From Eledone cirrhosa (taxonomy: Eukaryota), in NCBI GenBank assembly GCA_964016885.1, contig OZ024756.1, positions 42,594,001-42,658,000 on the forward strand: a DNA stretch of 64,000 nucleotides, read 5' to 3'. The notes under the pieces were generated by a model. The model searched no databases, was not told where the DNA came from, and was given only the letters and a program-made list of their open reading frames with translations. The translations under genes and the position numbers were made by a program. Shown piece after piece: positions 24,346 to 37,372 of the stretch; the first letter of the stretch is position 1, and each line of letters starts with the position of its first letter.

Positions 24346-24589
24346 TATATGTATTATGTGTTATGTATGATGTCGACGTGACGGTCCAGGTTAGTCAAAT
24401 TTTTCCTGAGTTCAGTCCTTTTCGTGGCTATGGCCACTGCGGCCCTTCTATCAGTCGCTATCTTCATTTTGCAAAGCTGTCTAAACATAATGTTATAACT
24501 CTAGGGTTATATACCCTATTCGAGTGCTTAGCTGCACACCGAAACTGCATTCGTTAGCTTGGCTGCAACCATGGCTTCGTTGATGCTGT

Positions 24590-25715
24590 ACTAAATTTTG
24601 TATATATATTTAATGGAAGTACTCAAACTGAACGGATACACAACATCCACCACAAACCGTGCCAGAAAGAACAGAGGACACCACACCCGAGGCACTAACA
24701 CTTGCTTCCTGAAGCTCCAACACTTCAGTGACGAAACAACAACAGCCATCCGCAGAGCTATCAGACGAGAGGGACTAGATATCCAACTGGCCCACTCAAG
24801 ACCTTCTCTACGCAGACAGCTAACCAAAAGACACTCCACCAGACATGACAACCGCTGCAGGCTAGCCAACTGCCCCATCAACGACACAGACCTATGCCAC
24901 AAGGCTTACATCGTATACAGACTAGAGTGCGCCAATTGCAGCAACTTCTACGTAGGTAGCACCACCAGACCACTTCACATAAGAATAAAAGAACACTTCA
25001 ATACTAACGCTTCCTCATTTAAGAAACACCTAGTGAAATGCAAAAACACCGACAAAACCATAACAGTTAGGATAGAAACTAAGGACAGAAACCTCAGCAA
25101 TCTTAGAATTAAGGAAGCACTAATTATAGACAAAACACAACCACCAATCAATAATAGACTAGAACTCAACACCCAATTTATTACTTGATAGAGCATCTAG
25201 CCCCATACTTACACCCCAACACACACACGCACGCTTACACCTCCACTTATTCTCTCACACACACACACACACAAAGACCAGTTCTAGCACGAGAGAACAT
25301 GTATCCCCCACATTTACGTATAGACATATCTTCTCACTCACACACATACTTACACATTCACGCATTCTCCCACACACTTAAACAGACATGTACACAAAAA
25401 AAAAAAACCCTTTTAAAGGGAGACTACTCTTTATCCACCTAACCTTAACTCTTTGACATTAGAAATAGAACAGATACTCTATACCATTTCCTGTCAGCAT
25501 GACTTGGCAAGCTATTTAGAACACTGGTTTAACCACTTTACTTCCCTCCGAAGAAGAGATATTATCTCGAAAATTAAGGACATTTAAATAAATCTAAGGT
25601 AAAAGACTAATTGTCAACAATATCTTTTGCATTTGCATTTTTATTCTATGTCCATACCTGCATTGTTTGGCTTTACAAATTCAAACGTTTATACCTCATT
25701 ACACAATAACTTCCT
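24590..25715 (+). mobile_element. Penelope-like element, 3' fragment with GIY-YIG endonuclease and pseudo-LTR region
   Basis: ORF 24598-25188 has LxxNGY, a Cys linker, IVYRLEC..C..FYVGSTTRPLHIRIKEH and 'KEALII....P.IN'. Hammerhead-like motif at about 25548-25572. Confidence 0.9.
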
Positions 25716-25836
25716 CTTATATATATATATATGTGTATGATGATATATATATATATATGATGATATATATATATATGATGATATATATATGATATATATA
25801 AAGATATATATATATATATATATATGATATATATAA

Positions 25837-25887
<51 letters not shown>

Positions 25888-25944
25888 CGATGATATATAT
25901 ATAAGTATATATATGATGATATATATATATATGATGATATATAT

Positions 25945-26285
25945 GATCATCATCATCATCATTTTACGTCCGCTTTTCCCTGCTTGCAAGGGTGGGACAG
26001 GAACTGATTCTGGCTTGATTTCTACAGCTGGATGCCCTTCCTAACACCAACCTCATTTACAGTGAGTGCTGGGTGCTTTTTTGCTGTGGCACCTCAACGA
26101 CCACTTTGCAGTGGAATGATAGGGACCCCAGTCCCTATTATTTCATTTCTACAGCTGAGTAAACTGGAGCAATGTGAAATAAAGTGTCTTGATCAAGGAA
26201 ACAACACATCACCCGGTCTGAGAATTGAACTCACAACCTTTCGATTGCAAGGCCAATGCTCTAACCACTAAGCCATGTGCCTCCA
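25945..26285 (-). mobile_element. Full-length RTE-tailed SINE
   Basis: Reverse complement of 23910-24245. Confidence 0.9.
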
Positions 26286-26644
26286 TATATTTATTGGCTA
26301 GTAGTGGGTTCTCTTCTTGCTCACATCTCACTCACGTCGGACGGTCTGTATCTTGATCGCTCATGAAATCTACCCAGCTTATGCTGACCGGATAACCATG
26401 TTGCTTGTTTATTCCCATCTTTGCGTTGCTTTCATCCTTCTATGTTGTTTACTTGTCTCACTCGCTTTACGCGATTTACTGGTCCCAATAGCTTTTTTTA
26501 GTTATTGCTCGCACCAGCCTGAGGTATATGATTTTTAATGCGACGAAATATCAATGATGGTTGGCAAATCACTGACGAAGGACTAATTTTATCATATGTA
26601 ACCCATGTGCAACCACGCAGTATTCTTCTTTCTTCTCATGTGTT

Positions 26645-27150
26645 TTATATATATATATATATATATATGATGATATATATATATATATATATATGATATA
26701 TATATATATATATGATGATATATATATATATATATATATATATGATATATATATATATATATATATGATATATATATATATATATATGATATATATATAT
26801 ATATATATGATATATATATATATATGATATATATATATATATATATATATGATATATATATATATATATATATGATATATATATATATATATATGATATA
26901 TATATATATATATATGATATATATATATATATATATGATATATATATATATATGATATATATATATATATATATATATGATATATATATATATATATATG
27001 ATATATATATATATATATATGATATATATATATATATATATGATATATATATATGATATATATATATATATATATGATATATATATATATATATAGATGA
27101 TGATATATATATATATATATGATGATGATATATATATATATATATGATGA

Positions 27151-27217
<67 letters not shown>

Positions 27218-27220
27218 TGA

Positions 27221-27254
<34 letters not shown>

Positions 27255-27256
27255 GA

Positions 27257-27289
<33 letters not shown>

Positions 27290-27294
27290 TGATG

Positions 27295-27355
<61 letters not shown>
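26645..27355. repeat. Compound (TA)n/GAT microsatellite array
   Basis: Direct reading of the sequence. Confidence 0.97.
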
Positions 27356-27500
27356 ACGAAGGAAATGTGATAAGGAACCAGGTGGACCATAACGCACCAA
27401 AGTACTCAATACTTAGGATAGTAGAGTGGGTAATAGGAACGAGTAGGACCCCGACGGCTGAGCTCAAGCCGTTTCGACGGCTAGTTCTGGACCGAACTAA

Positions 27501-28994
27501 CCGCAAAAGTTTACAACACATTTTATATTTATCGCTTTTTTTCAAGAAAATTCTTAAATTTTAAGATTTAAAATTCACTAGAATGTTCTAGATTAGGTTT
27601 AAGGTAACTTCTAAGGACTATTAAACACATTATGTCATTATTTGTCTGACAACCATCCTGTAAACATTGACAACCATCCTGTAAACATTGACAACCGTCC
27701 TGTAAATATTGACAACCGTCCTGTAAGCATTGACAACCGTCCTGTAAACATTGACAATATGGGGAAAAATAAACTGATTGATCAAGACCTCCGTAAACGC
27801 ATTGTAGACCTTCATACAAATGGTGTTGGTTATAGAAAGATATCATGTCAGTTAAATGTGCCATTGAGTTCAGTTGGTACTATAATTCATCACTGGAAAT
27901 CTCATCATTCCATCTGTCCTCTAATTAGTTCTGGTCGTCCTAGAAAGATAACGGAACGTGCAGCTCGGTTATTGATGAGAAAGTTTGGCAACGAACCCCG
28001 GTGTACTCTTAAAAATCTTCAGGATGACCTAGAAGGAAGTGGAGTAAAAGTGAGCACAGATACAATTAGTCGTTCACTTCGTCGATATATCTTCTCGAGG
28101 TCTCCAAGGAAAACACCACTTCTTATGAGGAAACACGTTCTTCGTCGATTAAACTTTGCAAATGAGCATCTCATCAAATCTGCGTCATTTTGGTAAGGTG
28201 TATTTTGGTCAGACGAAACAAAAATTGAACTTTTTGGTCGAAATGCTGTGGCAAAAGTCTGGAGAAAGAAAGGTACTGAATATTCGCCGAAGAATACTAT
28301 TCCAACTGTAAAATTTGGAGGTGGATCAATCATGGTCTGGGGTTGCTTTAGTGCCACAGGTGTAGGAAATATTGAAATAATAGAAGGAAGAATGGGTGGC
28401 GCTTATTATAGAGGTATTTTGCAAAGGAATTTACATCAAAGTGCACATTCTCTCAGCTTAAAGTCAGGTTGTTTTTTTTCAACAAGATAACGATCCAAAG
28501 CATACTGCAAAGCTAACACAATCTTGGTTAAGTACGAATGGAATAAATATTCTAAAATGGCCAAGTCAGTCTCCAGATCTTAACCAGATCTTAAATTTGT
28601 GGAGCGAACTGAAACTCAAAATTCAAAAAACGGAACCCCAAAATATCCCTGAAATAAAGAAAATTTGTTGTGAAGAATGGAAAAATATTAGCCAAGAAAC
28701 ATGCAAGAAGTTTGTAGGAGGCTACTCCAAATGCCTACAGGCTGTAATTAGCAACAAAGGTTACGCTACAAAATATTAAGAGATGATTTAATAAATGTGT
28801 TGTAAACTTTTGCGTTATAAAAATATTGATTTTTCTTCATGAGTTATTTCCTTGTTATTTTTTTAAAAATATGATTGTATCATTAAATACCTCATTATAT
28901 GTTCTATCAGTAGTTAAATTTTCATTACCCTAACTTTATTAAAAAATACCTAAAACTGCATTTTTCCTAATGTGTTGTAAACTTTTGCGGGGCA

Positions 28995-28997
<3 letters not shown>
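27501..28997 (+). mobile_element. Tc1-family DNA transposon with disrupted transposase (27759-28779)
   Basis: HTH region (GYRKIS..LNVP), GRPRK, WSDETK, VKFGGGSIMVWGCF, QQDNDPKH, WPSQSPDLN and GYATKY*, with stop and frameshifts. TIR ccgcaaaagtttacaacaca at 27501 and inverted at 28971-28997 ending cactg|TA. Inner repeat at about 28797. Confidence 0.95.
27645..27757. repeat. 21-bp tandem repeat, about 5 copies, in the Tc1 5' leader
   Basis: Unit tgacaacc(a/g)tcctgtaaacat. Confidence 0.92.
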
Positions 28998-29032
<35 letters not shown>

Positions 29033-29222
29033 GTATATGTATATACATATGTATATGTATATATATATATATATATATATAATGATGGTTGGAAAATCAC
29101 TGACGAAGGACTATTTTTATCATATGTAACCCATGTGCAACCACGCAGTATTCTTCTCTCTTCTCATGTTTTTTTATATATATATATGTATATATGATGA
29201 TGATATATATATATAATTTTAT

Positions 29223-29818
29223 TTTCTGGACCGCTTAGATGCTTGGAAAGTACTTTTTTCCTCTGGATTAGGGTTAGGTTTAGGGGTAGGGTAGGGGTTG
29301 GGTTTAGTGTTAGATTTAGATTCCACCCTTTAATTTTCAAACCAGCCAAAACCGGCCAGAATTCTCTACCTTTTTCTTTTGAAACTGGCGGTAATTAGTC
29401 ACTCAAACTGATGTTAAGGTATTGTTCTCAAAATAAATACTTTCAAAATCTCATAGATTGGATATTATGTGAGATAATTATGTAAGGTAAAGCATTTACC
29501 ATGAAGATATAATAGTGTATATAGAGTAATGTGAATGCTAAAGGGTTAATTTTAGGGTTATGTTTAGGATTAGGGTTAATTTAAGGGATAGGTTTAGGAT
29601 TAGGGTTAGTTTAAGGGCTAGGTTTAGGGTTATTTTTCTGGCTAGGTATAGGATTAGTTTCAGGGCTAGTTTTAGGGTTAGGTTCAGGGCTAGTTTTAGG
29701 GTTAGGTTTAGAGCTAAGTTTAGGGTTAGTTTTCGGGCTAGGTTTAGGATTAAAGTTAGATTTAGGGTTACCGTTTTCTGGGAAAAAGTCAATTGCAAGC
29801 ATCTTAGAGGCTCAGAAA
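29223..29818. mobile_element. MITE-like element with imperfect TIRs of about 38 bp and degenerate TTAGGG-like arrays
   Basis: Left tttctggaccgcttagatgcttggaaagtacttttttcc versus reverse complement of right tttctgagcctctaagatgcttgcaattgactttttcc. (gggtta/ggttta)n at 29265-29320 and 29540-29770. Confidence 0.65.
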
Positions 29819-30139
29819 AAAAAACAAGGGAAGATAATTGTTTCCCATAAAATGCAAGAGGTGTGTAGATCTGTGAAACTCCAATGATTATTTCGTCCCC
29901 TTTTACTCTACTTTATTTTACAAATCTAGTCATTTCTGACTGCTTTGGGGTCCTGTTCATTGATGTCATGAAAAAATAAAAATAAAAATAAAATGGAGAG
30001 AAAACATCTGAGGAAAAAAATTGATTGCTAGAATCTAGGAGGTTAGATTAGTTGATAGAACACAGAAAGAAAAAAATGAAAATAATTTTTTCCTCCACTG
30101 AAATCGAGTGAGGGTGTTCTATAAATTTACCAAACTTAC

Positions 30140-30481
30140 CTCTTACAGTCTGTGAAGGTAAGGATTTAGTTTTATTTACTTCACATTGAAAACTTTTTAA
30201 ATCATTGCAATTAGGGTTATTTTTCCAGCACTGATAAAAAAACACAGGCAGTTTATCAAGTTTCAGAACTGCACAGTCAAAATTTTCAACTGTTTCTTTC
30301 ACAAATATTTTGAGAATAACGTTAAATTTCATATTTGCAACCTCGGCTCCATTACCTAGGACTTTCATGATTGTTATGTAATCCAATGAAACGTTTACCT
30401 TACATGTTATATTTATTCTAGATGTTGATCCGATAACAATTTCAGCAGGTGATACAGAGGAGTTGACTGATAAAATGTCAT
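30140..30481 (-). CDS. Ig-receptor copy 1, exon 2: first (V-like) Ig domain
   Basis: ccatactttag|...G|gtaagt, 342 nt, phase 1-1, open frame. Reads DDILSVNSSVSPAEIVIGSTSRINITCKVNVSLDYITI...QCWKNNPNCNDLKSFQCEVNKTKSLPSQTVR, with the I-x-C and C-x-D-x-x-x-F-x-C Ig motifs. Confidence 0.85.
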
Positions 30482-30579
30482 CTAAAGTATGGAAGAGGAG
30501 GAAATTATTAGATAAAGATTAATACAAAAATAACATATATAATGGCAGGTAGAGAAAAATTAAGACAAAGAAGAAACAA

Positions 30580-30700
30580 TAATAATTGTTTCTACTCTTG
30601 GCACAAGGCCAGCAATTATCCCAGTGTATTTCTGGTACTTTATTTTATCGACCCTGTAAGGATGAAAGGCAAAGTTAACCTCGGCGGGATTTGAACTCAA
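30580..30700 (-). mobile_element. Partial Nin/Deu-core SINE
   Basis: Family motifs as at 9966-10143. Confidence 0.8.
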
Positions 30701-30992
30701 GAAGAGAAAATACAGTTGTGAATGATAAAATGAGGAGAGAAAGAAAACTGAAGAAGAAAAAGAAAAAAAGACACAGAAAAGAAAGTAGACCAAAAAAACA
30801 AACATGAGGAAAAACAAAATTTAAAAAAAATCAACTAAAACAAAAAAAAAAAACAAGCACACTGAATGTCGCATCGTAAAGTTCAACATACGGTATTTGT
30901 TCAAAAGATGTTTCATTCGGTTTCCTTTTTCAAACGGTAAGATGTTTTCAGAAGTCTTTTAGCTCAAAAACTAGAGCACTCATCAAGTTCAC

Positions 30993-32110
30993 TATTGTGT
31001 CGTCTGCTGGGCACAAAGGAAGCTAGGCATAGATGAATGGTTACTGACGGCTATGCAGGCCATATACAGAGGTGAAAACAACAAGGTGGCAGTTGGCAAT
31101 GAGTACAGTGATGAATTAGAAGTGCTTGTAGAAATCCACCAAGGTTTAGTCATCAGTCCAGTCCTGTTTATCATTCTCATTCAGTCCTTATCTGGAGAGT
31201 TTAAGACTGGCATTCCATGGGAACTCCTGTATGTTGATGATCTAGTCCTTATATCTGAATCTACGGGAGAGTTATTGGCAAAATTCAAAGCATGGAAGAA
31301 AAACCTAGAATTGAAAGGCCTAAAAGTAAATTTAGCAAAGACAAAAGTCTGAAGTAGAAAGGAAGGCTAGAAGCTGTTACCATCAGGAAATTGGCCTTGT
31401 TCAATGTGTAAAAAGAGGGTGGACAGAAACTCGATAAGTTACATAGTGTTCCCTATGGACACACAAGAAAAGTAATGGGATTGTAGGTAGGCTAACAGAG
31501 AAGATAGATTTTATGTAGTAGAGGTGTAGGAGGAGTAAGAACTAAGAAAACACGTGAAGTAGATTCACTCAATTGCTACGGCTTTCAGGTTGTTGACAGA
31601 TTTTGTTATCTAGATAACCTAATCAGCAGTAGGTGAGGATGCTCTGAAAGAATGGTGGCCTGGATAAGAACAGGCTGGAAGAAGTTTAGAGAATAACTAC
31701 CTAAGCTGACAACAAAGGGCTTCTCTCTCAGAATGAAGGGTAGACTGTATGATGCCTGCGTGCGTACTGCAATGCTACATGGCAATGAAACATGGGCCCT
31801 GACTGCAGAAGGCCTACAAAGGCTAAAACTAAATGAAACAAGTATGCTCCGATGGATGTGTAATGTCAGTGTGCATGTGTGAAGTAGCATGAACGAGCTA
31901 AGAGAAAAACTTGGTTTTAAGATGAATTGGATGTAGAGTGTATAAGAGAAGACTGTATTGGTATGAACATGTGATGTCTATGGAAGGTAACAACAGAGAA
32001 TCTATTGGAAGAGGTAGATCTAAGGAAACATGGCAGGAAGTAGTGAAGACTGACCTTCAAAAGCCAGGACTGAAGGGAGTAGCCATATGCTGTACTGAAG
32101 ACCTTCCTAA
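30993..32110 (+). mobile_element. Degenerate RTE RT/C-terminal fragment
   Basis: ORF 31053-31352 (HQGLVISP..PWELLYVDD) and downstream 'RRLYWYEHV', with many stops. Confidence 0.88.
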
Positions 32111-32514
32111 TACTTTTTGATGTTGTGTCAGGTTTCTATGAAAGTATGTTGATACACACAGACACAAACTGACATTAATAACACACTATATTCTTAAATT
32201 CAGATATTATTTACATGACGAAACCCGACTCTAGTTAAAGGAAATAGTTAACCGATTTTATCAATATTTTAAAATACAGTTTTCAATGACACAATAGCAT
32301 TACTACTATTGATCTCAAACAGGTATTAATATACAAAGTTAGAAGACTAACAAGGGACGGAGCTGTAACTGATGAAAGCTGAACCATGTATATTTGGCTG
32401 GTAGGGCTAATGTCTTACCTGGGCATATATTGAAGGGGAGAGATGGGGAGGAGAGGGGCGAGAGATGAGGAGGAGAGAGAGGGAGAGAGGAAAATAAAAG
32501 GGGGGAAACAGAGT

Positions 32515-32730
32515 AATAATCGTTTCTGATTAAGGAACAAAGCCAGCAATTTTAGGGGTGAGGAAAATTTAATTAAATCGACCACAGGGCGTGACTGATA
32601 CTTTATTTTATCGACCCTGTAAGGAGGAAAGGCAAAGCTAACCACGGCTGGATTTGAACTGAGAATGTAAAGGGTTGTAACTCTATGTCGCGAAGTAGGG
32701 TGCCCGTCACTCTACCGATTATTGCTACTC
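32515..32730 (-). mobile_element. Nin/Deu-core SINE
   Basis: Family motifs as at 9966-10143. Confidence 0.75.
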
Positions 32731-32843
32731 CACTACCTGCGTGTAAGAGAGGAGGAAAGTGTATATAACAGAGAGAGGTGGAGTGTGTAAAAGACAGAGA
32801 GAGCAACATGGGGAAAATTAAATTGTCTTTTGTCTTAACTTAC

Positions 32844-32964
32844 CGCCTGAAGTGGAACGAGCCATCATCATCATCACCATAACTATTACCATAGTCCTCA
32901 ACAGGTTGGGCAGAAATAAGCGCCGACTGCCCCCATCAACAGTTGTAATAAAACAGCAAGACAT
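32844..32964 (-). CDS. Ig-receptor copy 1, exon 1: start codon and signal peptide
   Basis: aagtATG...TCA GGC G|gtaagt, phase 1, compatible with exon 2. Reads MSCCFITTVDGGSRRLFLPNLLRTMVIVMVMMMMARSTSG, a hydrophobic stretch ending in small residues (T-S-G). Confidence 0.72.
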
Positions 32965-33133
32965 ACTTTGATCCACGTAAAATATGAATTGTAACAGAAA
33001 TAAAAAAATATTTTACAATAGTTTTTCTTGTCTAATTAATGTCTGTGGTGTAATAAAATTAATTAAAAGAAATGTACTAATTAAAAGGTAATAAAACAGG
33101 TTAATCTAAACAAGTATTGTGTATATATCAAGT

Positions 33134-33176
<43 letters not shown>

Positions 33177-33889
33177 TTGTGTGAGAGTTGTTAAATTGGG
33201 ACGTTTTTTCTTCGAAATATCGAATAATGCACAATGGGACAAATAAAGTTGGTTTTTCTTGTTTTCTTAAATCCCAGAATGAAAGTAGTTAAAATAATCC
33301 GTATGTGAATAAACAACACATATACCACATATATATTTCTCTAGAGTGGTGAGCGTGTATTAGAGAAAAATATATTTTGAAATGAAATCTAAAAACAAAA
33401 GAAGAACGACCAACTTTTAAAAATGGAACAAGTTGCAGGTAATATAGTAACAGGCTATTTTCCCTCAACTGACTTGACTTGAAAGTTAGTAGCAGCACAA
33501 ATACACACTTACGTATGTAGCGTTCCAAATGTTATGATCAAAGAACGCCGTCTCATCATCTAACTCTCTCTAACAAAGTTTTGTTTTTTTTTCTCTTAAA
33601 ATCCCAATAAAATTTTCTCTCTCTTCCTTTCTTTCCCTCTGCCTACTGTCATGTAATTTTCTTTTTTCTCTCTCATTCTCTCTATCTTGACACATGTCTT
33701 TCTCTTTCCCTTTCTCTCTTACACCATCTATTTCTCTTATCTAAGTCTTTTACTTTTCATATTCTTTCCTCTCTCTGTCGCTATTTCTTTTTTACAATGA
33801 ACATAGTGACCTTTGAAGAGATTTTTAAAGAAATAGTAAAAATTATACCCGAACGAGTATCCTCCACCTCCAACTAACTTAACCTCCCC

Positions 33890-34470
33890 CTTTCTCTCCC
33901 GGACGCCTACAGGATAAAGAATAGATTGCTCCGGAAAACGGCGAGGAGACGCGCTGGAACAGCTACTTTATCTCGTTTGGGGCTCGCACCTGCGGCCGGA
34001 CTACTCCGCTCCAATAACAAAATGTAGGGATGTGGTCCGGGGGTCAATAATACCGGAAGTCTCCACTGCTACAGGCTCTGCCATAAACCTATCAGAGAGC
34101 TGCCGATACTTAGACAGTTTAGGCTTGACGGGCAGCAGAGCCTGGGTTGGTAACTGAACGCACCAAGTTGCCACAAGAGTAAATGTTCCAGCATGTGGCA
34201 TCCAATATGAGAGCACTACCCGCGCGGAACGGGTAGATTGTTATGCCGTCTGACCTTTTGCCGTCCTCTCGGTCCAGCACCGCTGGCTTGAGCTGGGGAA
34301 GGAAGCCTGCGCCTTCCAGGTCATGCGTTATGATTTCGTTGAGAGCAGCAGGACGTGCACGGCAGCCGGCAGTGTAAAGGCATGACAGTGGGTGGTGACC
34401 AAAAGTATCCACAGTGGTACTGCAGCGGCATTTGTGAAGCTCACTGAGGAAACGCCGGTGCGTACTCATC
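33890..34470 (-). mobile_element. CRE-like non-LTR retrotransposon 3' fragment (zinc knuckle and REL endonuclease)
   Basis: CRC..D..GHHPLSC...LNEII...DGKRSDGITIYPF..G..LILDATC, then PVAVETSG in the next frame. Confidence 0.8.
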
Positions 34471-35370
34471 CTGTCTGTCCTCTATAGAATGGAGAAAGAC
34501 ACTCAATTCCAAAACAAAATGGCTAGATTGTTTTTATATGATAACAGGAAAATAAGTAGCATTGAATTCAATTTAAATTAGTTTTAAACCTCAAAATAAA
34601 TACTTTCGTTAATAGAAAGAAAACAAAAAGAAAATTTAGATTGAGAAGAATGGAATGTAAAATAGGAAAATGTAGAGAAAAAATATAAAAATAAAAAGAA
34701 TAAACGGGAAGAGGATGGAATGGCAAGAACTCTAGAGTCACAGAAGAATGGCGTGAGGGAAGGATGAGGATGAATGGACTCTGAGCCCAGGGCGCGGCGG
34801 TAGAAGGGCTGCGCCCCCGCGGTCAATGGCCAGCGACACCCGCTGCAACTGCCACCTCACCTCGCGGTGCCCCTCAGACGGGCCACCAACATTCCGATCT
34901 TGTGAAGGAGCTCGACTGTATGGGGTCCAAGTACACCTGAGGCCTCGACAGCGACCGGTGCCAAGAGGAAGCTTCCGGACAGTCTCCGGTATTTATTTAT
35001 TTTCCTTTCCTCTACGAAGCGGGTCACGGTTCAGGGGTTTGTGGCCGAAGCAGCTAAGCTGGAGGCGGAGGTCGTGTCGCAACAAGTGGCATCCCATTAA
35101 TTGTTTAGGTGGGATAAGGAAAAATAATATATTTTTCGAGTGTGTTCGTTCTCTAATTTCTGAGTTTACTCCAGACACACACAGATAATTTTTCTTTATA
35201 TTATAGACGAGCAGGGGTACCCGGCAATACCCAGGTATTTAATAAAACTAACAATATATTTTGGTACATATTACAAAATATTTGACCAATAAAATAGGAT
35301 TATTATATTTTCACTAAAGTTGGAATTATAATAGAATTGTTATATTAATTTGTTCAATGCAAATCATTAG

Positions 35371-37365
35371 GTGGGAGTAGAGAAGGATATACAGCCGCTA
35401 AGAGAGAAGCTAGACGTCAGGTGTACTTAGCACGCAGGGAGGCTGAGAGTAGGAGGTTTGCCGATGTTCTGCGACGGGAAGATCAGAGGCATGCGGTGTT
35501 CCACATTGCAAGGCAGTGTGTCAATGCAAATCCGGATGTTGCTGGTGTACTTAGTGTCACGAATGAAGGCCTGGAAATGTCATTATGAGAGACTGATGAA
35601 TGTGGAGAATGAATGGGAGAGAGAGAAATTACCTTCAGTAAATCCGACAGAGGGACCAGTTATTGAGATTGACGAATATAGGGTCCAAGAGGCGATTAAG
35701 GAAATGAAAAATGGTAAGGCTGCTGGACCGTCGGGGAGAGTTGCTGAGATGCTGAAGGCATCAGGGGACATAGGCACTAAACTGGTTGCACGCATCATCA
35801 ATCAGGCTATATATGGTGGTGTCATACCCAAAGACTGGTGCAGCAGTATTCTCATAAATTGCTACAAAGGTAAAGGGGATGCTTTGGAGAGGAGCAATTA
35901 TAAGGGTATAAAACTGATGGATCAGGTTATGAAAGTGGCAGAAAAGATATTAGTACAACTAATTAGAGAAAGAGTCAAACTAGATGAGATGCAGTTTGGT
36001 TTTGTGCCTGGGAAAAGTACAACAGATGCCCTCTTCTTGGTGAGACAATTACAAGAGAGGTTCTTAGAGAAGAATAAGCCACTATACTTAGCCTTTGTTG
36101 ACCTAGAGAAGGCCTTTGATAGGGTACCTCGATCTGTCATCTGGTGGTCCCTAAGGAAACTAGGTGTTGAAGAATGGCTTGTGAGGACAGTGCAAACTTT
36201 GTACAGAGGTGCTGTCAGTAAAGTCAGGGTAGGAATGGAGTTTAGTGAGGAATTCCAGATACAAGTAGGAGTACATCAAGGTTCGGTCCTTAGCCCGCTC
36301 TTGTTCATTATAGTCCTCCAAACCATAACAGAGGAGTTTAAGACTGGCTGTCCATGGGAACTTCTCTATGCTGACGATCTGGTTATTATAGCAGAATCAG
36401 TAAAGGAGCTAGAGAATAAATTCTGGCTATGGAAACAGCAGTTGGAAGCAAGCGGACTGAGAGTGAACCTAGCTAAGACAAAAGTGTTGATGAGTAGAAA
36501 AGAGGACAAAACTCTGATTCCGTCAGGGAAATGGCCAAGTTCGATATGCAGAAAAGGAACTGGCATAAATTCTATAAAATGCACACAATGCAGATCCAGG
36601 GTACACAAGAGATTTAGTGGGATAGCAGGCAAACTAACGGGTAGGGAGAAATACGTATGCAGTAGGTGTACAAGGAAATTACACAGTAGAAGTTGCATTG
36701 ATAGACACATTCTTCAAATGCAGGTGGGCGCTATAGAAGTGGTGGATAGCTTCCGGTACCTAGGAGATCAGATTAGCATGGAGGGGGGTATTCCGAGGCC
36801 ATAGTATCTAGAATAAGGACGGGTTGGAAGAAGTTTAGGGAGCTGCTTCCTCTGCTGACGAAGAAGGGTTTCTTCCTGCGTACGAAAGGCCGGTTATATG
36901 ATGCCTGTGTGAGGAGCGGGATGCTGCATGGTAGTGAGACATGGGCAGCAACTGCAGAGGATATGCGACGGCTGGAGAGAAATGAGGCAAGCATGCTCCT
37001 TTGGATGTGCAATGTCAAGGTGCGTGAACGACCCAGCATGGATGTGTTGAGAGAGAAACTGTGTCTGAGAGGGATAGAATGTAGTGTGCGAAAGAGGAGA
37101 CTGTGGTGGTATGGACATGTGATGCGCCTTGAGGATGACTGATGGGTGAAGAAGTGCCAGGAAATGCCAGTTGAAGGAAGACGTGGTAGAGGTAGACCAC
37201 AAAAAACATGGGTGGAGGTGGTGAGAACAGACCTCAGATCGCTGAAGCTCACGGTGGAGATGACGAAGGACCGTGACGAGTGGAGAGATGCTGTGCTAAA
37301 TAAGACCCGTCCCACCCTTGCAAGCAGGGAAAAGCAGACGTAAAAGGATGATGATGATGATGATG
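35371..37365 (+). mobile_element. RTE LINE family C, 5'-truncated, with short 3' UTR and (GAT)n tail
   Basis: ORF 35458-36804 has complete RT motifs and continues in 36909-37343 after frameshift and stop. Confidence 0.95.
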
Positions 37366-37372
37366 AATATAT

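Noticed and set aside
26569-27545. Long YI/IY-rich ORFs (also at 20.3-20.7 kb and 57-60.7 kb)
   Set aside because: Translations of (TA)n/(CA)n microsatellites that lack stop codons.
29540-29770. True telomere or chromosome fusion site
   Set aside because: Highly degenerate, single orientation and enclosed by TIR-like ends.
33507-33560. Upstream mini-exon MMRRRSLIITFGTLH with a gtaagt donor
   Set aside because: It could be a 5' UTR or extension exon, but there is no convincing acceptor before the signal exon, so it is unsupported without RNA data.
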